Below, piece by piece: positions 34,598 to 42,607 of a stretch of DNA of 64,000 bases. The stretch's first letter is position 1. The number at the start of each line of letters is the position of its first letter. The DNA lies in contig OZ243956.1 of NCBI GenBank assembly GCA_965214405.1, positions 3,232,001 to 3,296,000 on the forward strand, in the 5' to 3' direction. The notes beneath the pieces were generated by a model. That model saw nothing but the letters and a program-made list of their open reading frames with translations. It did no database searches and had not been told where the DNA came from. The position numbers and the translations under genes are program-made. This stretch comes from Trueperaceae bacterium (GTDB lineage Bacteria > Deinococcota > Deinococci > Deinococcales > Trueperaceae).

Positions 34598-35716
34598 ATG
34601 CCAAAGCACTACATCATTCTGTTTCTGTGGCTCATTGCTTACGCAGCAGCACAAGAGGTTACCTACTCGTCTGACGTAGGTATCACTGCTCTCTCAACGG
34701 GCGCGAGCAATAGCGCCGTCATCCCCGGCAACACGTTGGACGCAAACTTTTATGACGCTTCTTCACAGCCGGTCGCGCTTCCGAGCGAAGGCCGGTATTT
34801 GCTGTGGATTTTAGACGTTGTCAACGCGACCGACGAACGCGCCGAGATTCCTGTGGCCGAGTACGACCAGTACGCCGCAGAGGACACCATGATGGAAAAC
34901 GCGGTGGTGAATTCTCTACCCGAATTTACTGATATGACACCCGGTTACGTCCTCTTTTTCGAACGCCTCGGCACCCTGCCCTACGATGATGAAACGCGGG
35001 AAGCCATTCAGACGCGCCTGTCGCCGCTGACGGTTCTTTTCGATGACGACGCCACGCTACCCACGACGCTTTCCAGCGGCTTGTTTCGCTCGACGTACTT
35101 AGATGGCCTTTATCTTATGGAGGGCGACAGGGTTGCTTACCGCTTTCTTTCCCCCAGCCTTTGGACCCAGTGGGGCTTAACGGATCTTATCAAAGAGGAT
35201 GCTCGGCAATTCTTAGCGGGCGAGGAGCCGAGTGTCGTTCCCATCGTGACCGCGCCGGGCACGCCCGTGGCTGAAGAGATTTTACCCGTCGCCGGACCGA
35301 CTTTGCTGATTACCTTGAACGGCGCGGAAGCCGAAGCACCCAGCGGCGGCGTACAAATCAAAATTGTAAGTAGTCCTGACGGTGGTGAAGAAACATCTTC
35401 GGAGGAAGCCGCCCCCAGTTCGCAAACACGGTTTTTCCTCGAGGCCCTGCCCCCCCTGCTCGAGCGCTACGGCGTTCAGGGCGTCGGGGTGGTGCGGGGG
35501 AGCAGCGACAGCTCGCCCGGTTTACGGGCCGCCTTTCCGGGCTGGCAGTTCATCGCGTCGGATTCGCCAGAGGACCAGTTGCGGTGGCTCGAGTTCCGCA
35601 ACATGGTGGTGGACGCGTCCGGCAACGTCGAAGACGGGTTCATCATGTTTGCGGCACTCAAAGACGACAGCGACAGCGCCGCGTTGGAACGCGCGCTGAA
35701 AGCCGCCGCCCAGTAA
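34598..35716 (+). CDS. Secreted acidic protein, probable Cys-less tandem thioredoxin-like fold
   Basis: Signal ...IAYAAA-QE. PG...F.D...V.LP..G.YLLW and MVVDASGNV segments. No cysteine. Confidence 0.65.
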   Translation: MPKHYIILFLWLIAYAAAQEVTYSSDVGITALSTGASNSAVIPGNTLDANFYDASSQPVALPSEGRYLLWILDVVNATDERAEIPVAEYDQYAAEDTMMENAVVNSLPEFTDMTPGYVLFFERLGTLPYDDETREAIQTRLSPLTVLFDDDATLPTTLSSGLFRSTYLDGLYLMEGDRVAYRFLSPSLWTQWGLTDLIKEDARQFLAGEEPSVVPIVTAPGTPVAEEILPVAGPTLLITLNGAEAEAPSGGVQIKIVSSPDGGEETSSEEAAPSSQTRFFLEALPPLLERYGVQGVGVVRGSSDSSPGLRAAFPGWQFIASDSPEDQLRWLEFRNMVVDASGNVEDGFIMFAALKDDSDSAALERALKAAAQ

Positions 35717-35717
35717 C

Positions 35718-37961
35718 GTGTTCCGCTTCCGTAGCGTCGTCGCGCTCATGTCTCTCGCGCTGGCGGGCACCGTCCTCGGGCTCACGCTGGGTTTGTGGGA
35801 GCATTCGCTGACGCTTATCGACCAACTGCGCGACGTGGTGGGGCGCTACACCTGGGAAATCTCGCTGGAGAGCCAAGAGGGTTTACAGCCGCCTCCCTTG
35901 CCCTCGAGCGGTTCGGCGTTTGCGGCCTTGCAGTCGCTACCGGGGGTGCAAGCCGTCGGGGTGGAGACCGGCATCTCGCAGCCCATCGGCACCTTTAGCT
36001 ACGCCTCGAGCGGCGTCAACGCCGACTTTTTCGGGGTGCGCCGCTACGCCCTGAGCGCAGGGCGCGTGTTTGGTTCGGGCCAAGATACAGAACAAGAAGC
36101 CGTCGTCGGCAGCGAGTTGGGGAATCTGCTCGGGCAGACGGTGGAAGTCAGCGGTTTGGGAACAGTTGAGTACAGGGTGGTGGGCGTGCTCGAGCCGTTG
36201 GTGGAAAGGGACACGTTTGCGAACAGCGCCGTTTACGTGCCGATAGACAGTTATCCCGGTTTCTCAGGAGCGCAAAACCTGTACGTCGAGGTCTCGCCCG
36301 CGAACTTTGCCGCGACCCGCGCCGCGCTTACGGCTTGGCTGGCCGACAACGGCTTGAGCGGTTACAAGCTGGCACCCCTGGCGGAGCGGTACGGGCTCGA
36401 GTTGCGCGAGAAAGTCGCGCGACTTCTCAGCGGCGGGCTGCTCTTCGGCGCGGTCGCGGCTTTTTTGGCGGCGGGCGCGAATCTAGTCACGTTTTATCTG
36501 GCGAGAGCCCTGGAGCGCATTCGCTTTTTCGGCCTGCGCCGCGCGGTGGGGGCGAACGCCGGGACCGTCGTGCGTGAAGAGGTAGAGGGGGCGCTGCCGT
36601 GGGCGCTCGTGGGCGTCGCCCTGAGTCTGCCCGGCATCTACCTCGGCAACAGATGGCTGGAGCGCGCCGCCGGTCTCAGCGCCCTGCCCGGCGGCGTCAC
36701 CTTTGTGGGGCTGGCGCTGGGGCTTCTTTTGCTCGTCGGCCTGAGCGCGCTTTACCCCGCGCTGTGGGCGGCGCGGTGGACGCCTGCGTACGCGATTCGG
36801 GGCCTGGCGAGTAGCGCCGCGCAGCGTAGGGTGTGGCTGGCCGGGGCGGGTCTGGCGCTCGGCGTCGCGGGCCTCATTTTGCAAGCGTCCACCGCGGAGG
36901 CGGCGCAGCGGGAGGCGCAGCGCGTGTTGGGAAGCTTCGACAGCCGGACGGCGGTCGTCGGCTCGTTTAGTCCCGAAGCAAATCTGGGCGACCCGCGCGC
37001 GAACGCGTCTTTGTCCACCGGGGACTACCGCGCGTTTCTCGCGTCGCCGCTCGCCGACGCTTTTACGCGCTCGAGCTACGCGCGCGGCTTTTTGGTGGTG
37101 GACTTGAGGGGGAGCGTGGGCTCGAGCCTGAGTTCCGTCATCGCCTACGACGGCGACTATCCAGAGTTAGTCGGCGTGACGCTGATAGGGGGACGTCTGC
37201 CCGACCCCGAAAAAGCTGAACTGCTTCTCGGCGTGGACGTTGCCACTAATCTTTTTGGAACGCAAGCACTCGGCCAGACGTTGAATATTTTGGGCCAAGA
37301 TTGGGTCGTGGTCGGCGTGTTCGAGGCGGGCACGCAAGGCATCCCCGGCGGTGCTTCAAACCAAAAAGTTCTGCTTCCGGGAAAGCTCGTCCGCGCGAAA
37401 GGCGATATCAACTTTATGGTGGCCGAGCGCGCCGCCACCGAGCCGGACGAACGGTTTGACGAGGCCGCCGCCTTTTTTAACGCGCGCCACGCGTCGGCGC
37501 AAACCCTACCTTTCCTGGCGCTGCGCCCGAGCAGCTTTGCGCCGCCCGAACTCAGCCGCACCCTGAGCACGCTGTCTACGGTTTACCGGGCCTTGAGCGT
37601 TCTTCTTCTCGCCCTGGGGGGCGTGGGGTTCATGGCGCAGTTGCTCGTGTCCGTTTCTTTACGCGTGCGCGAAATCGGCATCCGCCGCGCGACCGGGGCG
37701 AGCCGTGGAGACATCTTTCGGCAATTTCTGCGGGAGGTTTTAGGTCTTGGCTTGAGCGCGACGGCGCTCGGGCTGCTGCTGGGCGGGGTGGCGGCCTTTT
37801 TGTCCGCGCGGGTTCAGGGTGTCGCGTTCTCCTTTCCCTTTGGCTGGGCGGTGGGAGCCGCCGCGCTGGGCGTCGTTTTGAGTTTCATATTTGGCGCAGG
37901 CCCAAGCTGGGCCGCGGCGCGCATCCCTCCGGCGAGCGCAATGCGGAGGCGGCCAGCGTGA
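35718..37961 (+). CDS. MacB/FtsX-type ABC permease (duplicated periplasmic + FtsX domains)
   Basis: GRVF...AVVGS..., YRVVGV, R..FGLRRAVGA and RVREIGIRRATGA, PALWAAR..P / PSWAAAR.PP. Confidence 0.88.
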   Translation: MFRFRSVVALMSLALAGTVLGLTLGLWEHSLTLIDQLRDVVGRYTWEISLESQEGLQPPPLPSSGSAFAALQSLPGVQAVGVETGISQPIGTFSYASSGVNADFFGVRRYALSAGRVFGSGQDTEQEAVVGSELGNLLGQTVEVSGLGTVEYRVVGVLEPLVERDTFANSAVYVPIDSYPGFSGAQNLYVEVSPANFAATRAALTAWLADNGLSGYKLAPLAERYGLELREKVARLLSGGLLFGAVAAFLAAGANLVTFYLARALERIRFFGLRRAVGANAGTVVREEVEGALPWALVGVALSLPGIYLGNRWLERAAGLSALPGGVTFVGLALGLLLLVGLSALYPALWAARWTPAYAIRGLASSAAQRRVWLAGAGLALGVAGLILQASTAEAAQREAQRVLGSFDSRTAVVGSFSPEANLGDPRANASLSTGDYRAFLASPLADAFTRSSYARGFLVVDLRGSVGSSLSSVIAYDGDYPELVGVTLIGGRLPDPEKAELLLGVDVATNLFGTQALGQTLNILGQDWVVVGVFEAGTQGIPGGASNQKVLLPGKLVRAKGDINFMVAERAATEPDERFDEAAAFFNARHASAQTLPFLALRPSSFAPPELSRTLSTLSTVYRALSVLLLALGGVGFMAQLLVSVSLRVREIGIRRATGASRGDIFRQFLREVLGLGLSATALGLLLGGVAAFLSARVQGVAFSFPFGWAVGAAALGVVLSFIFGAGPSWAAARIPPASAMRRRPA

Positions 37962-38698
37962 AAGACGCCATCCTCGAGCTGCAAGACGCCTGGAAGCGCT
38001 ACAGCAACGGCCGCACCACCACCGAGGCGTTGCGCGGCGTGACGCTCTCTTTTGGCGCGGGCGAGAGCGTGGCGCTCACCGGACCCTCGGGCGCGGGCAA
38101 ATCGACGCTGCTCTATTTGCTGGGGCTGATGGACACCCCCTCGAGCGGTAGGTTGCGTCTGCTCGGCAAAGACCCGTTCGCGCTTCCCGACCGGGAGCGG
38201 TCGCGGCTTAGGGGCAGGGCCATCGGCTTCGTGTTTCAGTCGTACAACCTGCTGCCTCAACTCAAAGCGTGGGAAAACGTCGCGCTGCCGCTCAAGTATA
38301 GCGGTGCGGCTTTAAGAGAGCGGAAAAAGCGCGCGCTCGAGGGGCTCGAGCGGGTTGATTTGCTCTCGCGGGCCGACCACTACCCTTCCGAACTCTCCGG
38401 CGGGCAAGAGCAGCGCGTCGCCATCGCTCGCGCGCTCATTCAAAAGCCCGAACTCGTTTTGGCGGACGAACCCACGGGCAATCTGGACACCGGGACGGGC
38501 GAACGCGTCCTGGCTTTGCTCACCGAACTGCACGCGCAAGGCGCGACCCTGATTACCGTGACGCATAGTCCGCAGGTGGCGTCCAGGGCGGAGCGGACGC
38601 TGCACCTGGTGGACGGGCGCATTGTAGATAGGGTAGATGGGCACACCGAAAAGAGCCTCGAGCCCACGGGTAAAGAAAATGATTCGCTTCGGGTTTGA
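37958..38698 (+). CDS. ABC transporter ATP-binding protein (LolD/MacB-like)
   Basis: GPSGAGKS, IGFVFQ, LSGGQEQR, ADEPTGNLD, VTH. Confidence 0.93.
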   Translation: MKDAILELQDAWKRYSNGRTTTEALRGVTLSFGAGESVALTGPSGAGKSTLLYLLGLMDTPSSGRLRLLGKDPFALPDRERSRLRGRAIGFVFQSYNLLPQLKAWENVALPLKYSGAALRERKKRALEGLERVDLLSRADHYPSELSGGQEQRVAIARALIQKPELVLADEPTGNLDTGTGERVLALLTELHAQGATLITVTHSPQVASRAERTLHLVDGRIVDRVDGHTEKSLEPTGKENDSLRV

Positions 38699-38703
38699 GT
38701 TGC

Positions 38704-39789
38704 CTACCTTGCCAGCGCGCTCCTCACGAGTTCCTTGGGGAGGTGGGGCTCGAGCCACGTCAATGCCTGCCGCACCCTGGTCTTGGTGGGCGCGTCGCAG
38801 GCAGGGTGCAGCAGCGCCAAAACGAGCAGTTCCATCGCCCTGGTGTGGTGACCGCTGCCGATAAGGCGCTCCGCCAACCCCGCAATCGCGCGTAGTGCTA
38901 CCGTGGGCTCCGGCACGCGCTTGGCGATGATGAGCGCTTCTTGCCCCCGCCCGCCCACGTCGGTAATGGTCATCAGCCGCGCGTTGGTGTGCTCCATGAG
39001 GGTCAGGAGTTCGCTCAAATCCGCCTCGTCGCTCTCGGACTGAGCGCGGTCCGTGCTGCGGCGACCGTAGGTGCGCGTGCTCGAGCGCTTTTGTAGCGGC
39101 TTGGAGGCGCGAATCGTCTCGATCATCTCCTCCGTCGCGGCAAGCGGTTTGAAGCCCATCTCCCGCAACTCCGCCCGAAACGCGGCGGCAGCTTCCAAAG
39201 CGGCCTCGCGCTGACCACTCAAATAGGCGTTACGGAGGTACGTTTGCAGCGCGTCCTCGGCCAGCGCGTCGCGCTGCAAGAGTTCCTTGGCGGCCTCCGC
39301 CGCGTCACGGTGATGCCCGGTGCCCTCTAAATCGTTGGCGTAGTGAAGCGAAGCGTCGTGCAGCGCGCGCGCCAAGGCCTCACGCTCGAAGTCGAGCCAG
39401 GCCTCAAACGAGGGCGAAGTAGACGCGTTGAGCGAATCCAAAAAGGGTCCCCTGTAAAGTCCTCGAGCCTCGAACCAGCCGCCCTTCTGAATGGCGGCTT
39501 GAAACTCTTTGACGTCGGTAGTCACGCGCCAGCGTAGGCGCTCGGATTCGACCTCGAGCCCGTCCGTTCCCCCGATTTTTTGCGCCTCATGAAGAAGCTT
39601 GCGGATATAGCGCCGGGCGTCTCCTTCGTCGGCGTCGGGCCGGAAAAAAAAGGCCAGCGCCTCGCGGCTTATCCATTCGCCGTAGTAGCCCAAGTAGAGG
39701 AGCAGCCACACGGGCTTGGTGAGCGGCAGGTCGGTACGTTCGCCGTCCCTTTCTAAGGCCGGGGTGCCGAGGAGGTGAAGTTTAACCAT
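38704..39789 (-). CDS. SARP-family (wHTH + BTAD) transcriptional regulator
   Basis: LHLLGTP, LLLYL, SREALA; DV.EF...LYRGPFL...FEAWL..ERE; D.L.E BTAD motifs. Confidence 0.85.
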   Translation of the reverse strand: MVKLHLLGTPALERDGERTDLPLTKPVWLLLYLGYYGEWISREALAFFFRPDADEGDARRYIRKLLHEAQKIGGTDGLEVESERLRWRVTTDVKEFQAAIQKGGWFEARGLYRGPFLDSLNASTSPSFEAWLDFEREALARALHDASLHYANDLEGTGHHRDAAEAAKELLQRDALAEDALQTYLRNAYLSGQREAALEAAAAFRAELREMGFKPLAATEEMIETIRASKPLQKRSSTRTYGRRSTDRAQSESDEADLSELLTLMEHTNARLMTITDVGGRGQEALIIAKRVPEPTVALRAIAGLAERLIGSGHHTRAMELLVLALLHPACDAPTKTRVRQALTWLEPHLPKELVRSALAR

Positions 39790-40149
39790 CTATCTGACCC
39801 CTGCGGGCCTTGCTGATTTCAGCTCTGACCGTAAAGGTTCGGGCGGTGAGGCGTAAAGAGGAACTTAAAAGCGTCTCTTCGGGCCTCCAGACAAGTTTCA
39901 ACTCGAGTCGATGTTTATATGGTTGCACAATTCACCCGTTTCGTGAATAGAAGAGAATGTTTACGTTAGCTCACAAAACACACTGCGCGGGGCGCAAGCT
40001 GGCGGTGCTCGGGTGGTTAAGGCGAGTATAGACCTCTTTGCCAACGCCTCTCGAGCCACCGTCACACTGCTTTGTCAGTGTAGGGGTTGAGTCCTCACGA
40101 AACTCTTACAGATTTGGGTTTGATGGGTTTATGGGCTGTTGTGGGTGCT

Positions 40150-40181
40150 AATCCCCTGCCCCCTCGAAAAGGGGGGCAGGG
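40150..40181. repeat. REP-like intergenic palindrome (copy 2, inverted)
   Basis: AATCCCCTGCCCCCT-CGAA-AAGGGGGGCAGGG. Confidence 0.55.
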
Positions 40182-40309
40182 CACAGAGCTTTCTTTCTCG
40201 AGCGCAGTGGGAAACTGACTCGAGGGAATACAGCAGTTACCGAGGCAGACTGGCTTCAGACTCGCCTAACATTCAGTGTGCGAGCCTCACCAAAAGCTGC
40301 GCGTTTGAA

Positions 40310-41365
40310 CTAACGCAAGAACTCCTGCACGTCGCGCTCGTGGTCCTCCAGGGTCAGGTTGGGTCTAAACACGAGGTTGCGGTCATGCAAAAAGTAGAGG
40401 TAGGGCTCGCCCGCGGGGTTATCACGCTGCGGGTTGAGGACCGCTAAAAGCGCGGCCTGGCCGGGGTTGCTGATGGGCGTCGGGGGCAGCCCCGCGTAAA
40501 GGTAGGTGTTCCAGGGTTGGTCCACCTCAAAATCGCCCGCGGGCGCGTCGAGCGCGGTCATCGGTTTGCCGAGACCGTAAGCCACCGTCGGGTCGGACTG
40601 GAGGCGCATCCCCACGTCCAGGCGGTTGCGAAATACTCCGGCGATAATCGGCATCTCGCCCGTTGTCCCCGCCTCGGCCTGGACGACGCTCGCCAATGTG
40701 ACCCAGTCGTAGACGCTCAAGTTGTTTGCTCGGAGCGCCGCGCTCACCTCGGGCGTCAGTTCTTGGTTGAAACGCCCTAAAATCACCCCCAACGCCTCTT
40801 CCGGCGTGCTCCTTAAGGGAAACTCATAAGAAGCGGGGAAGAGGAAACCCTCGAGTCCCGCCTCCTCGGGCACATAAGAGGGGCGCAGCGCGCCAGGCTC
40901 CTGAACGAGGTTCATCAGCGCCGGTTCATCACCTAAACCCGCGTCCGCAAGCCGCGCAGTCACGTCGGTCGCGCGAAAGCCTTCAGGAATAACGATTTGC
41001 ACCACTCGAGGCCGCCCACCCGCCTCCAGCACCCGCGCGACTTCGGACGCGCTCATGGCGGGGGAGAGGCTGTAAAGCCCTTCGCCAATAGAACGGTCAA
41101 GCCCCCTGTAGCGCAGCCAGAGGCTGAACACCTGCGGCTGCCGAACAAGCCCCGCGTCTGCAAGTTCGCGCGCGACGCGCGACGCGCCCCAGCCGGGCTC
41201 GACCTCAAACGTCTGCGCCGCGCCGCTAATCTTGGGCGGCGCGAGCTGGTCTTGCAAGTAAAGCGCGCCCACGAGGGCAAGCAGCGCCAAAACGATGAGG
41301 GCGAGGAGCAGGGGTCGGGCTCGAGACCGTCTGGGCGCAGGTGTGGGGGCGGAAACGTCGCTCAC
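40310..41365 (-). CDS. mltG: Endolytic transglycosylase MltG
   Basis: IPEG, LEGFLFPASY, LASVVQAE, LQSDPTV, WNTY..GLPPTPISNPG. Confidence 0.92.
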   Translation of the reverse strand: MSDVSAPTPAPRRSRARPLLLALIVLALLALVGALYLQDQLAPPKISGAAQTFEVEPGWGASRVARELADAGLVRQPQVFSLWLRYRGLDRSIGEGLYSLSPAMSASEVARVLEAGGRPRVVQIVIPEGFRATDVTARLADAGLGDEPALMNLVQEPGALRPSYVPEEAGLEGFLFPASYEFPLRSTPEEALGVILGRFNQELTPEVSAALRANNLSVYDWVTLASVVQAEAGTTGEMPIIAGVFRNRLDVGMRLQSDPTVAYGLGKPMTALDAPAGDFEVDQPWNTYLYAGLPPTPISNPGQAALLAVLNPQRDNPAGEPYLYFLHDRNLVFRPNLTLEDHERDVQEFLR

Positions 41366-41799
41366 GGACCCAGTTTACCTTCCGTACGTGAAACTTTAGC
41401 GAGATAGGTTTCCAAAATAAGCACCGCCGAGGCCTCGTCCACACTCCCCTTGTTCTGGCGTTTATGCTTGGACATCCCGCTGCCGAGCAGGTTGCGGGTG
41501 GCGATTTTGGTGGTAAAACGTTCGTCTTCGAAGACAAGCTCGAGCCCGTGGTCCTGAAGCACTTTCGCAAAGGCGCGCACTTTTTGCGTCTGCGCCGAAT
41601 CGCCGCCGTCACTCCGCCGAGGCAATCCGACGACAAGTTGTTGTGCGCCCTCGGTAAGCATGTGCGTCTCTACAGCTTTAATATCTTCTTCCAAACTGCG
41701 GCGGACGATAAAGCCGCGCCCAAAAGCGAATGACGAACCCGTCTCGCCCCTTGCCAGCCCGATGCGCGCGTCGCCTACGTCGAGGCCCAAAACAATCAC
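41362..41799 (-). CDS. ruvX: YqgF/RuvX family RNase H-like protein
   Basis: LGLDVGDARIGLA, VVGLP, DERFTT, VDEASAVLILE. GTG at 41799. Confidence 0.92.
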   Translation of the reverse strand: MIVLGLDVGDARIGLARGETGSSFAFGRGFIVRRSLEEDIKAVETHMLTEGAQQLVVGLPRRSDGGDSAQTQKVRAFAKVLQDHGLELVFEDERFTTKIATRNLLGSGMSKHKRQNKGSVDEASAVLILETYLAKVSRTEGKLGP

Positions 41800-42594
41800 G
41801 CGCTTGCCTGACGCTCCCACGCCTCGAGCACCTCCGCCACCCCGTCCTCGTCGTTGGACAGCGTGACCTGCCCCGCGCACGCCTTAGTTTCATCACTGGC
41901 GTTCGCCATCGCCACGCTTCGGCCCGCCCAGGCGAGCATTTCCTTGTCGTTGTGCTGGTCGCCAAAGGCGGCTATCTGCGAAGCGTCCACGCCTAAGTCG
42001 TTGGCGACCCACTCGAGCGCCCGGCGCTTGGTCACGCCTTTTGCAGTCACCTCGAGCAGACCCGGCAGGCTCCAGGTGCAGTGGACTGGGTGGTCACGAA
42101 GGGATTTGCTCAAAGCTTCGGCTGACTCTTTGGGATGACGAAAGAGGAGCTTGGTTACGGCGTCCTGCACAAAGCCCCGCACATTGCCGACGCTGGTTGG
42201 TTCGGTGGTGAGGCCGCGAACCGCAGCGTGCGCCTCGTCCACATACCAGCCGTGGTGGGTTTCGATGCCGCACATGATGTCGGGATAGGCGCGCTGCATC
42301 TCCTCGAGGGCCGCCAACGCCACTCTGGCGGGCATGTCGAAACGGTGCAGCGCCGTGTCGGCGTCGAAGTCATAGACAGCCCCGCCGTTGTAGACGATGG
42401 CTAAGTTCGTCAGCTTGAGTTCGCGCGCAAATGATCCGGGCGGTTCGGGGTGGGCGGCCTGTGCAGAGGATGGTGCGGACGCCTCGGTGCTCGAGCCGCC
42501 CAATCACCGCCTTGGCTCGCGGCGTAATCGTCTTCGCCGAGGTGAGGAGCGTGCCGTCCAAATCTAAGGCGATGAGCTTGGGGAGCACAGGCAC
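41796..42594 (-). pseudogene. Cof-type HAD hydrolase split by a frameshift near 42430-42445
   Basis: Motif I DLDGTLL and CTGR lie in one frame; YNGG, K and FGDQHND lie in another. Confidence 0.75.
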
Positions 42595-42607
42595 GAAGAA
42601 ACCCAGC

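Noticed and set aside
20500..39800. Prophage, ICE or transposon explaining the accessory region
   Set aside because: No integrase, transposase, phage genes, tRNA target or flanking att repeats seen.
39790..40309. Riboswitch upstream of the SARP gene
   Set aside because: Small hairpins only (e.g. ATTCAC...GTGAAT). No match to c-di-AMP, c-di-GMP or other consensus sequences that I can recognise.
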